Assembly: GCA_964016885.1 (NCBI GenBank)
Contig: OZ024746.1
Coordinates: forward strand, 3,162,001-3,226,000
Source: Eledone cirrhosa
Taxonomy: Eukaryota
Reading direction: 5' to 3'
Length of the DNA stretch: 64,000 nucleotides
The translations under genes were made by a program, and so were the position numbers. Below the pieces are notes generated by a model. That model was not told where the DNA came from, made no database searches, and saw only the letters and a list, made by a program, of their open reading frames with translations. This document shows, piece by piece, positions 25,053 through 37,010 of the stretch; within the stretch, counting starts at the first letter, position 1; each line of letters starts with the position of its first letter.

Positions 25053-25833
25053 CTAGCAGTAAAGCCCGGCGTTGCTCGGGGTCGCTCAGTAGCTGTGTTA
25101 AAGTTACAATGTTAAGTTTCTTTTTTGGCTTAAAAACTGTAGTGTCTACTGTGCAGACTTGCATGTGGTGTTTTTGATTAATATTCCCTCAACCAACAAT
25201 ATGCCTTATGAAGTTAAGAAAACATAACGATAACCCGAATGTTATAACAAAAGAGGATGCTGGGGATAAAAACTGCACTGGTTATTTATTAACAAAGATC
25301 GAAAATGTAAACACTGCAACGCAGAGAAAAACATTAGCGTAACCAAATTATCAGTTATGTCTGTCTGCACGCCTATATCACCTCTCTGCACGACTGTCTG
25401 TCTGCACGCCTGAAATATTTGCTTGTTTTACGTAGTCTTTAAATAGACTTGTTTTCAAGTAAAAATATTGTTTTAAAATGCTTTTAAATGGAAATGAAGC
25501 AAAACGGAAGCTTAGTGTTCGAACTGATCTGTTCGTGTATTGTGTTAATGTCATTTTAAACGCTGAGAAAGCCAGCGTAATTTTTTACGTAAGACGCTCA
25601 ATGTAAACAGAACAAAGGGAAATAACTGATAACTTACGCTCAAAAATCGATACATTATATTCGATTTCGTCACATAGGGTGGGTCAATTTGAAATTATTT
25701 TTTTTTCGATGTCTTCGCTAGGGCTCAATGTACAAGTCTAGCAATTTCGGTGCAATTCCGTGAGAGATTCTAAGAGGAGATGTGTGCCAAAAATCGATAG
25801 ACAGACAGACAACCACAGTTTTATATATATAGA
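25053..25833 (-). mobile_element. Non-autonomous Helitron
   Basis: Minus strand reads A|TCTATATATATAAAA...(TCTG)n at the 5' end and has hairpin CCCGAGCAACGCCGGG about 8 nt before CTAG|T at the 3' end. No TSD; CpG-richer than its flanks. Confidence 0.85.
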
Positions 25834-26034
25834 TTATGTACTCACAAATGCACACACACTAAATTGCAGTGTACAAGTCGAGCTGGCATGCAAGTTGATA
25901 ATAATTTTAAATTCTGTCATATACATTAGGTCACTCTCTCACAATGTCTTTACTAGGCAGGTCCTCATGGATGACTGTCCTATCTTTGTGTTTTTTATGT
26001 CGATAGGTAGTTTTTATTATTATTATCATCATCT

Positions 26035-26396
26035 TGGCAGTGGATTGGCAATATCGGTAGAATGTCGAACACCATGCTTTGTGGCATAGAGTTACGGCCC
26101 TTTATGCTCTGAGTTTAAATCCTGCCATGGTTAACTTTGCCTTTCATCCTTATGGGGTCAATTAAATAAAGTACCAGTGACATACTGGGGTTGATTCAAT
26201 CAACTTTACACCTTCCCCCAAAGTTGTTAGCCTTGTGTCTAAATCAGAAAACATTATTATTATCTTATACGATCTGAGTTCAAATCCCGCCGAGGTTAAC
26301 TTTGCCTTTCATCCTTACGGGGTCGATAAAATAAAAGTACCAGTAATGTACTGGGTAATTGCTGCCCTTGTGCCAAAAGTAGAAACAATTATTATC
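26035..26396 (+). mobile_element. Nin-like tRNA SINE, full copy plus a tandem 5'-truncated copy
   Basis: TGGCAATATCGGTAG A-box-like motif, GAGTTCAAATCC B box, GCCTTTCATCCTTACGGGGTCGATAAAATAAAGTACC core, GAAACAATTATT tail. Confidence 0.8.
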
Positions 26397-27856
26397 TTAT
26401 ATCACCAGTAATTGTTAAATATATTAAATAAGTTCATAGAACTCCAGTTTTAATTGTAAATATCTTTGGCAACTGGCTAAAGTTACAGAAAGAGGTGCAC
26501 AACAATTATTAGGAACTCAAGCCTGCTTGTTTACCACTCAACATTAAAGATTTGCATTTTATCTCCCACCTGTAAGCAAGCACCTAGTTTTGGAAGGATT
26601 TTTTTTCAGTCTTACAAATTTACAATTTACAATGCCTGTGTATCTTGCCAACAGAGAAACTGTATGTTAAATGATATAGTTGTGTGTGTACCCACGTGTG
26701 TAAAATTATCTCTCCAGTAATAATGCTTGATATCACATGACTGCTGAAGGTGTTTCTCTGATTGGTTCATATTTCACTCATTCTAATTTTTTTACATGGT
26801 TTCTACAGCTGGATGCCCTTTATAACACCATCTGCTTTACAGAGTGTACTGGGTGCATTTTGTCTTGGGACCAGCACTAGAAAAGTTGTCAGATCATTGA
26901 CTTGATTGAAATGACCTCTCAACCTTTTTTGGCCTAGTTTCTACAGCTGGATGCTCTTCGTAACACACCAACCCCTTTACAGCAGTGTGAATTGAGTGTA
27001 TTTCATGGCATCAGCACTAGAGAGATTGTCACATCCTTAATACTATACAGCTTCCTTTACTCTATATTGTCTTGATTTGATTGTCAACAACTTTACACAG
27101 TGTGCTATAAATTAACCTCCTTCAGTGTTGTACCACTTTGAATAAGGTTTTGTGCTAATATCAAAGAAATAAATGTCAATTGTTTAAAACTTTGCAATTA
27201 TTTCACTCTCCTCAGTTACTATGACAGTCATTAGAGCATAGGACAAAATACTTCCACTTTATTTATTCCAGCTATCTGCACTGAGTGTTCAGATCCTGCT
27301 GTGGCCTACTGGGTTGGTAGACTTAATCCATCACCCAGTTTAGCATCACCATCACCCAGCCGTTGAAACAATCAGGTCAGGTACCTGGTTTGAAGGTACC
27401 TGTCTTCCTCTCACCAGTCTCACTGGCTTAGAAAGGGTTGCAGGAATTGCCCTTCCATCCCCAACTAAATGTAAATTAGCTATACCCTCTCCACTGTATA
27501 TTATTTAGATAGAAACTCTGTACTTGTGCTGTCAGAAATGTTATATATTGTAAGAATATTGTTTAGCCCGTTTGATACCTGCTTGAAACCAGCTCTGATT
27601 TTATGGTAAAAAAAAAAACAAAAAAAACTGCCGATTTTAAAGTATGATATTTGTATTTATATTAAAAGCTTCTTCCATAATTTTTTTTAAAGAAATTTTG
27701 TTGAAATAATGTTTCAAATAGCAGCTTACTAATGAAAAAGTTAGTTTTAGTAAATTTCAAGTGTTTTTTTTCTTCTTTTTTTATTGTTTCCAAAATTACT
27801 TGAAACATATTTCAGAAAAAAATATGGAAATGAAAGAATGAATTTTCAATTTAAAT

Positions 27857-28040
27857 AATAATTGTTTCTACTTTTGGCACAAGGCCAGCAATTACCCAGT
27901 AGATTACTGATACTTTATTTTATCGACCCCTGTAAGGATGAAAGGCAAAGTTAACCTCGGCGGGATTTGAACTCAGAATGGCAAGGGCCGTAACTCTATA
28001 CGTCAAAGCATGGTGTCCGACCCTCTACCGATACTGCCAA
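27857..28040 (-). mobile_element. Nin-like tRNA SINE (inverted)
   Basis: Reverse complement of the 54911 and 63203 copies. Confidence 0.8.
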
Positions 28041-28434
28041 TAATAATAATAATAATAATGAAAATATTGTGTACAGTGCTCAGGTGCACTACAACTCATC
28101 AAAAGTGTATGTATAGTACATAGGGTAATGTACAAACGTCAGGAAAATGAACAGTGCATGAGTCACGATATACATGTGTGCATGTGTATGGAAGGGGTAC
28201 ATCAGGTGTAGTTTTGTCGAATTTTGGGAAGCATGAGGGTTTTAAAGGATGCAGTGTCTCGGCAGCTAACAACTGACGCAGGCAGTTTGTTCCAGCAACT
28301 CTGAGCGTGAAAAAATGTCTACGAAAGTCATGGGAGCTGTGCTGTTTTCTTATTTTGTAGGCATGTCCACGTGTGTTAGACACATGGAGATCAAAAAGGT
28401 GCTTAGGGTTGTTGTTGGCGTGATGGTTAATCAT
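28041..28434 (-). mobile_element. CR1-group LINE 3' end
   Basis: Translation LFDLHVSNTRGHAYKIRKQHSSHDFRRHFFTLRVA is a CR1 ORF2 C-terminal motif. 3' hairpin TGTAGTGC-ACCTGA-GCACTGTA and (TTA)n tail. Confidence 0.8.
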
Positions 28435-29905
28435 TTAAGTGACTTTTCTTTCATTATTTTGGTTTCAGCAGTATTTTAATTTGTTTTTTGTTTGTTTCCT
28501 TTATTATGAGAATATATATGTCATTCACTCAGGAAAAAACAGCAAAAACAAAACTAACAAATGATGTGTTTTCTTTGTTAGAGGCCATAAAAGTTTTATG
28601 TAATATTAATTAAAAAAGTTATATAACTTTATTTCTATATATATATGATAGAATTAATCTATAAGAGCTTTATGTGTTTATTTTATTGTCCTCAAGCAAA
28701 GAATTTATTGTAATTGTTTTGTTGTTGTTTTTTTATTTCAAAAAGTACTTCAACTTTATTTTATTTTTATAAACTGTTGTAACTTAAAACAGTAACTTAA
28801 TGAATCACATACAGCATAGTAATTTATATCATAGTTTACAAAATAAAACAAAACATTACATATATTCACACAGTTGACTTAAAAACCATTGATGATTACA
28901 TAAATATGAAAAAGAAAGATAAAAACAAAATTAAGTAATGAGAAAAGGGTGAAGGTGTAAAGAAGGGAAGATCTGGTTGTATGGAGAAGTAGAGGAAAGG
29001 ACAGTAAATGCCATAAATGAGGGGAAAAGCAAGGACTCTAGGGCCAGAAGAAAGGGAGGGGAATGGGAGAGGATGATGGACTCTAAGCCTAGAGTGCAGC
29101 AGTGTTGGGGCTGCACCCCATGGACAAAACTGGGAACCTTTAAAGATTAAAGTGGGATCTATGTGATTCAGGGTGTAATTAAAGACTCATCTTTCAAAAC
29201 TGTATTTCCAGAATCTCAGAATAGCATCACAGTTTGTATACATAATCATGGTAGCCATGTTGGAAATTAACAATCTCATGAATAAATCTATTTAAAAACG
29301 TTAAAAAAATCCTTAATTTATCGATATATGGAAATAAAGTGTGTGTACGATTTTAAAATTGTACACACTTTATCATGACCCAGTATATTATCATTCTTTT
29401 TTACACCAACTTTCTATGCTGGTACACTCTCAGGTCCCCCCCCCCCCCCCACACACACACACACACACCCTCTGCTTATTAATTTTGTTTTGTTAATCTA
29501 TCTACAGCAAAGTTTCATTTTAAGAGGTAACATTCCTGCTACAATTAATTTTCTTTATACATTAAAAAACATTATACATGACAAAAAAGTATATTACAAG
29601 AAAATCTATATGTTATGAAATAAATAGGATGGGTTGGGGTCTCAATATGTAAACTAAATGAATAATTCTGGTTTTTAGAAATATCAACAGAGATTATTTA
29701 GGACCCAAGATGAGGCTGGTTGGGTCATTGTGTACGGGGGCTTTCTTATTTACTGCCCTCCAAGATAGATCAGAGACCACAGAGTCTGGAAATAGCCATT
29801 GAAATGGCAAGAGCTCAGCTGTCAGGTCCCGACTCTTATATTTATATATATGGCTTCTACCTTACTGTGGTTACCCTCGGTTGACCCCCCACACACGCGC
29901 GCGCA

Positions 29906-29964
<59 letters not shown>

Positions 29965-29972
<8 letters not shown>

Positions 29973-30172
29973 GGTCGTGTAGGTGTCACCAACAAAAAAC
30001 ACCCAATACTCACTGTAAATGAGCTTGGCATCAGAAAGAGCATCCAGCTGTAGAAACTAAACCAAAATTAGTTCTGTGTGAGCAAAACATGGTCACCTGA
30101 CCTAGCATTGCCCAAAACAGGACAACTCGTCTAATCCATGCTAGTATGGAAAATGGACGTAAAACGGTGATG
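29965..30172 (+). mobile_element. Bipartite RTE-derived element
   Basis: GTGGTCGTGTAGGTG..CACCCA..CACTGTAAA..GGCATCAGAAAGAGCATCCAGC plus CCATGCTAGTATGGAAAATGGACGTAAAACGGTGATGAT tail. Confidence 0.75.
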
Positions 30173-30236
30173 ATATATATATAATGATTGAGGCACATAT
30201 ATATATATATATAATGATTGAGGCATATATAAGGAT

Positions 30237-30562
30237 GGAGGCACATGGCTTAGTGGTTAGAGCATTGGCCTTGCAATCGAAAGGTTGTGAGTTCAATTCT
30301 CAGACTGGGTGATGTGTTGTTTCCTTGAGCAAGACACTTTATTTCACATTGCTCCAGTTTACTCAGCTGTAGAAATGAGGTGATAGGGACTGCATCATTC
30401 CACTGCAAAGTGGTCGTGGAGGTGCCACGGCAAAAAAGCACCCAGCACTCACTGTAAATGAGGTTGGTGTTAGGAAGGGCATCCAGCTGTAGAAATCAAA
30501 CCAGAATCAGGTCCCGTCCCACCCTTGCAAGCAGGGAAAAGCGGATGTATGATGATGATGAT
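30237..30562 (+). mobile_element. tRNA/CORE-like SINE with RTE 5'-UTR block and RTE 3' tail
   Basis: A box TGGCTTAGTGG, B box GAGTTCAATTC, CCTTGAGCAAGACACTT core, GGTGTTAGGAAGGGCATCCA, and tail CCCGTCCCACCCTTGCAAGCAGGGAAAAGCGGA identical to the LINE 3' end. Confidence 0.9.
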
Positions 30563-30656
30563 TGTATTATGTCTGCCAGTCTGATACTTATAATAGTAAC
30601 TATCAAGACTTTTTTTTCTAAGATGGAAATAAATTTTAAGCTGTGGAATGCTCACA

Positions 30657-30699
<43 letters not shown>

Positions 30700-30949
30700 C
30701 TCACACACACATAGATGAGGAGCAGGTTAGAATAAAATGAATAAATGAAATTGAAAAAATTCTAACTGTAGAACAAAAATTTGGAATAAATCAGATGAGC
30801 CATGAGGCAAACAGGTGTTGTCTATGTTTGGCAAACAGGTGTTGTCTATGTTTAATCATTAATTAATAACAGAAAAAAATCATTAGTTTAAATTGGTCGT
30901 TGAACTGCTACTTTTTCTTTTCTTTTTAATTATTATTATTATCTATTGT

Positions 30950-31230
30950 AGAGGCATGTGACTTCGTAGTAAGGGTGTTGGACTTACAATCATAATGTTG
31001 TAGGTTCGATTCCTGGGCTGGGTATGTGTTGTATTCTTGAGCAAAACACATCATTTTTCATTGTTCTAGTATACTCAGCCAAAAATGTGTACCAGCAATA
31101 GCTGGGGGTTTTACTCTGCAATGGACTGGCATCCTGTCCAGGGGAGTGTCTTGTATTCTTAGTCACTTCATGCCATGAAACTGGGATAAGCAGCAGCCTG
31201 ATGAACCTTCTGGCTTAAGACAGACTTTAG
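30950..31230 (+). mobile_element. tRNA-derived SINE (CORE-like plus V-like middle)
   Basis: B box GGTTCGATTCC, TTGAGCAAAACAC, GGACTGGCATCCTGTCCAGGGG. Homologous to 14275-14530. Confidence 0.75.
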
Positions 31231-31289
31231 ATCTGCTTGTCACTCAGCATTTGTTGCTGGTATAATTCTGGAGCCAGCTATCCACAACC

Positions 31290-31700
31290 AGCAGACTGTG
31301 GTGGCACCTTCAATTATCAAACACTTTTCTGAGTATCTTTCTAAGGAGTGTGGTTTTTTCTAGAGGCCCCAATCTGATGTTGGATCCAATTTCTTTTAAA
31401 GCGCTTTAAATTCTGGTGCTCACAGTACCAAGTGGGGTCATCTCAACCTTTCTTTTTGCTCACAAATGTTTTATCTTCCATGCTATTGTTTCATATCTCT
31501 CAACCTTGTTCAGTTGTTTGTCACAAACCTTATTGTCAGTGGGACAAGCCACATCCAGTATCAAACATTGTTAACTTTGTTGATCACTACAATGTCTAAT
31601 TTATGATGTTCAATTTCATGGTCACATTGGACTGGACTATAAAGTCCTATAGAATTTTGACATGGTCATTTTCTACAACATCTGGTTTGTGCTGAAAGAA
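31290..31700 (-). mobile_element. R4/Dong-like retrotransposon remnant (restriction-like endonuclease region)
   Basis: Minus-strand translation, with stops and frameshifts: VVENDHVKIL*DF..CDHEIEHHKLDIVVI..ILDVACPTD..KVERYE. This resembles the PD..D endonuclease of R4/Dong. Confidence 0.65.
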
Positions 31701-32648
31701 ATGTTCATAAATCTATTAAATTATATAATTAAACCCTGGTTAATTTATTCATTTCATATATGTTTTGTGACTTTGCAAGCAGGGAAGAGCGTACGTAAAA
31801 TGATGATGATGATGTAAAACTACTGTGACTGGAGATTTACTGATTGGATTAAACTCTTAAGTCTTTACCTATCTTATTGTGGACTATAAAATCACATTTG
31901 AGCTTTGAATTATTCTTTGCCTAATCTACCTTATACACGCACACACGCGTGTGTGTGCGGGTGTATATATATATATGTGTGTGTGTGTATCCCGGGTTCA
32001 ATTGGGAGTAACTACAGTAAGGTACTCAATACATAAAGTATATATATATATATATAATGTGTGTGTGTGTTTATGTAGTTATATATATTTTTATGTGTGT
32101 GTGTGTATTCTAAATTACTACTAAGCTTTATAAATATAGAGAACATGTAGCTAGGAAGATCTACCTACCTTTCAATAAACAAGACAAAAACACATTAAAT
32201 AGAAAACTAATTTATGGTTGAACACAGTACAGACTGTAGGATGAAGGTCACATGTTGTTTTAAACATTGCAATGTGTCATTAGGTAAAGCACATTCTCTT
32301 TGCTTCACTCAACCTATATGATAAATAGTGGTTGGGTTTGGAGTAGCAGCCCCACTTTACAGTTGGCTGCTTACTGCTAGGAAGTTTAATCAACTGTGAA
32401 ATGTATTCACCAACAATTCAATGTTAATATCCAAAGTTTCAGAGTGAATCAAACCATGCTAAAAGTTAAAATTGTGTGTGTGTGTGTGTGTGTGCATGCG
32501 TCTATATATAATGTGTGTGTGTGTGTACGCAAGCGTGCATCTGTATACACACACACACATACATTTATATGTATATATTTGTATGTGTATATACAAATCT
32601 GTGTGTGTGTGTGTACATACACATTCATTTATGTATATATATATATAT

Positions 32649-32679
<31 letters not shown>

Positions 32680-33344
32680 CTGTCATCATCATCACTGTTT
32701 TACATATCTTTTCCCTGTTGGAATGGGTTGGACAAGGTGTCACCTGAGATTAGACAGATCAGATGTCCCTGTTATACCCATACATTCCATTTTGATATGG
32801 TTTCTATGGATGCCCTTCCTAACCCCTTTACAACATGTGCCAGTAAATAAAAGGACAACCAGGGGTAAAGAAGAAGCAAGAAAATATTTGTAGTTGTTGG
32901 ATGTAGCTTTTAAGAAAACTGTCAATGATTCCAGTTTATTGGCATTTAATAAGTTGTCAATTATACAGGTGTTTAGAAGACTTAGTTGAATAGAAATAAA
33001 ATAAATAGATATTGCCAATATTCATTCAATGTTGATTTTGAGGACTTGTTTAAAGGATTAACCCTCTTGATACCAAACTAATCTCTCATTCTATGTTATT
33101 AAGCCTCTTGATACCAAACTATCTCTCGTTCTTTGTTATTAAGCTGTTTATTTTGAAGTATTTATTTTATGTACTTTTGTTAAGTTATGCTCCAAACACC
33201 AGATAAATTTGAAATTATGGGCAGTGCCTTTCATTAGAGATTTGGTAACAAAAGGGTTAAAGGTTTATCCACTTAAAGGAACTAATTATTCTGTTGTAGA
33301 TTTCACAAATATATTTTGCATATGAAGTTGTATGTCAGCACTGA

Positions 33345-34260
33345 TTTTCATTCCTGCGGTGCAGCATTTGTTGTATGTCAGAGATCACCTTCTGAGGTGT
33401 TAAGTAACACCATGTCATCTGTAAATTCCAACTGACTGATCCTACATCCACCTGTCCTGATACCACTTCCAACTCAGCTGTGCAGGTCCTGTTCATGAAA
33501 ATAATGAACAGGAGAGGTGACAGTATGCACTCTTTTCACAGTCCAACACTCAAAGTGAATGGTTTTGATTTAGCACCATTTATTCAAACACAATTACTAG
33601 GGTATTTTTATAGAGTTATCAGGGTAACAAGAAGCTATCAATCTCATACTCCTGCTGAACCTTCCACAACATGAATGTGTAGTTGTATGCTTTTTCAAGG
33701 TCTACATAGCAAGTATACACCTCTTGGTAATACATGATTTTTCAAAAACCTGCTGCAGTGTGAATATTTGATTGGCTGTGCTGTGTCCAGGAAGAAAACC
33801 ACAGTTTGTAAGCTAGCTTGGACTCAACAATATAGCTGCATTTCTTTGAGACTTTACCAGGGAGGCTCAACAAGGAGATCTCTCTATAATTGGAGCAATC
33901 TCTCGTCTCCCTTTTTTAAAAACTGGGATTATCACCCCTGATAGCTATTGCTTAAGCCCCTTTTTGGAGATCCAGATCATCTGGTACACACAAGTCAGCC
34001 TGAGAAGGCCTTCTCTATTTAAGACTTTCAACATCTTGGAATGAATTTCATCCTCCCCATAGTGCATAGCTCAGAATCAGGGAGTTGCTCCAGGTAGAGC
34101 CACTACTTTTCCGAAATGAAAGATCCCAGCTTCGATACTACAGACATATGGTCAAAATGTGTAAAGAAAGAATCGCTGGACAGATTTTATGGGCAAAACC
34201 AAAAGCAGAAGGAAACCTAGGATTAGATCCAGAGCAAGATGATTGGATACTATCTATGAG
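33345..34260. mobile_element. Old RTE-like LINE with inverted 5' part
   Basis: Minus-strand RT remnants YVDLEKAY (~33690-33712) and FTDDMV (~33408-33426) abut a plus-strand C-terminal RSQLRYYRHMVKM..ERIA (34066-34260). Confidence 0.6.
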
Positions 34261-35703
34261 CTTGTATAGATGGGGCACAGCTACAGCAATGAAAACTAAA
34301 TCTATGGCTTTGCACCAAATGTGTGCAAAATAAATATGGTCAAATTATTTCTTAAAATGATTATTAGTACAGTACCCTGTCTAACCCATGCAAGCAAGGA
34401 AAATATATGTAAAACGGTGATGTAGTAGATGGGGGGAATATGAATAACATGGAAATGTGCCAATATAGTAATACAGTACATAGGAACCAGTCTGAAGAAA
34501 CTGTTATTTAGTGAAAAACTGGTAAAGGGAATCTATTTTAACTGCCTATTTAAATCTTATAAATATAGGAAGTGGACAAAAAGTGTCATTCCGATAAAAT
34601 GGTTTAGATGTAGTAGTTTTGTAATAAAAGAAAAAAAATAGGAAAAGACAAGGAAATGAAACTTACTGATGGATAGCCAAAGATTATAATCTTTTGCCAC
34701 CTAATATTATGAGAGGTCAACTAAGTTTAAACCACTACAATTAACTCTCATTCTTAAAAGACCACTAATTATTTGTCAACATTCTTCTTGAGTTAATCTG
34801 TGGAAGTTTGGTTAGTTTCTTGATATTTTATCAACTGTTGTTTTCTTTTTTCAAGAGCAATTTACCTTTTAAATCCAACACATTGAGAATGGCAACTGAG
34901 AGAAGTAACATAGGTAGAAAGGGAAGTTAGTGAATTATTTAGTGATAAACATGAATGTGAAGTTATATAATTTGTTTAACAAGAAAGAAATACTTTCAGC
35001 TGTGAAGAAGCAGAAATGTATCTAACAGTTTCAACTGCTATTTATAAATGTTGTGATAGCTGGAGAATGTAATGTAATGTAATTCATGTGAGATTTAGCT
35101 ATTTATCTGTAGATATTGATTTATGATGGGTAGAGACAAAAGGCCAGCCATTGTAAGAGAATGCTATAGTTACTGGAATTGATTTACATATATTACTGGT
35201 ACTTATTTTATCAATCCCTGCTGGATATCAAGTGTAGATGACCACATCAGTAAGGTACTAGATGGTTAACTTAGAAGTCAATGATACATATCCTCATTTT
35301 CTGTGTCTAAGACAACTGATAATGGCCAAATCCACCTAATATGAAGTTGTTTAGCGCCATGTCACTCCTAATCAAGCAAACCTATGATCAAAGGTATTTC
35401 AGTCACGACTTCCCCCCTTTTAAATATCTAGTACTACATTACTCATGTCTTTCATATTTTAATATAGAAATATTTGATTTTAAGGAACTTTGGCTGTTAT
35501 TTCTAGCAATTTGAATTATTCCATCTACGCTCCCATGTTGCTTGCATGGCCAAGTCCAATGACTCTTGGGAAAAGCTAGCTGTAATTGTTCGGTGTCTTA
35601 TTGAGGTTTTCTCACATTCACAATCCACCCTATCTGAAGCCACTCTGATTTAATGATACAAAACTGCATATTTTAAAATTATTTGTTAAATAATGTTCTA
35701 AAC

Positions 35704-36275
35704 CAGAGATGGAGAATCTGTGGCCTTCTCTGACCCTTTGAAAGAATCCAAAATTTCCAACAAACTTTTAAATTTTATTGTTTTTGTCTATTTCCCATTA
35801 TTTTAAGCCATAAGATGAACGTATTTTAAATACCAAAGAGTAAAAGAAAATTCAACGAAATAATCCTCACTGACAGACAGAATTAAAGAATTAGTAGATC
35901 TTAAGGGACATTTCAGTACTTTCTAGGCTCATGTGGTTCTAGAATGTATATTAAATTCCCACTTGACTAGAGACAGTATCACCCCAGGACTGGCTGGTGA
36001 GAACCCTCAGGGATTTAGTACACCAGTAATTATCAAAATTTGACAATTATGTATGTGGGTTTCCTTTTGAAGTAGGATTTTTAAAAAGTTACACAACTTG
36101 ACAACTTGACCGTATATTCGTATTTGTTTTATTTATTTGTCTGTTGTAACGCAGGAGGAAGCTAAAAGGAGCAGTGTAATTTTTTATATATAATTATGGT
36201 TTCTTGAATGTGGCCTCATTATATTACAAGTAACTTAATGCAGCCATTCAATATGAAAATGTTTCCCCACCTCTG
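35704..36275. mobile_element. hAT (Charlie-like) MITE
   Basis: Imperfect TIR CAGAGATGGAGAA / TTCCCCACCTCTG with a perfect 8-bp TSD TTCTAAAC (35696-35703, 36276-36283). Confidence 0.85.
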
Positions 36276-36793
36276 TTCTAAACATTAGCTTACTAATGAC
36301 ACATTTAGGAATTTTATTAAATTCCTCAAAATTTGAGAACATTTCCAGAATTTATTGAAACACACATACCATAACATAAAGGTTAATGTTATAGAATCTA
36401 GATGAACATCTATCCTGTGGATTCTTGAAATTCAGAAAAGGATTAGATTTTTAGCTAAGTTTGTTAGATATGAACTTGGAATAGTAAAACATCAAACTAG
36501 GTATATTCAAACAAGCAGCATTCCATTGTTTTAGCTATCTGTATAGTCCCAATTAATTAATATAATATGCCAGTGTATTAGTATATTAATTTTCTGCTTG
36601 TAACCTTTTATTATAACATGCCTTTCATTCTTGTGGGGTTGCTGGAGTACCAGTCAAATACTTAACTTTCTCTAAATTACTGGTCTTGTGCTTAAATTAG
36701 AAACTATTATATTGGATTATAAATATTGTTATAAATTGTGACCTATGAAGCTGTATATTATTTTAGAGTTTTGTAAATAAGTTAGTGATTAGT

Positions 36794-36956
36794 CACTGCA
36801 TGACACTAATTTAGCAAACATTACTTGATATTTGTTAATTTTAGGGAACTCTTTATGAATATGAAATCTATTTTGTTCCATCACATCTACATTTTGATCT
36901 ACAAGATATCCCATATGTTCCTACAGTTACAGAAAAAGTGACTAATCTTGTGAACA

Positions 36957-37010
<54 letters not shown>

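Noticed and set aside
30237-30312. tRNA gene
   Set aside because: A and B boxes are present, but the sequence continues into a SINE body and tail, is multi-copy, and lacks a proper cloverleaf.
31195-31230. CTGATGA in a SINE tail as a hammerhead core
   Set aside because: No GAAA box follows the adjacent hairpin.
32396-33018. Cluster of 90-165 aa ORFs, and similar ones at 9022, 29822 and 63557-63978
   Set aside because: Translations of (TG)n, (TA)n and (CT)n microsatellites and SINE fragments.
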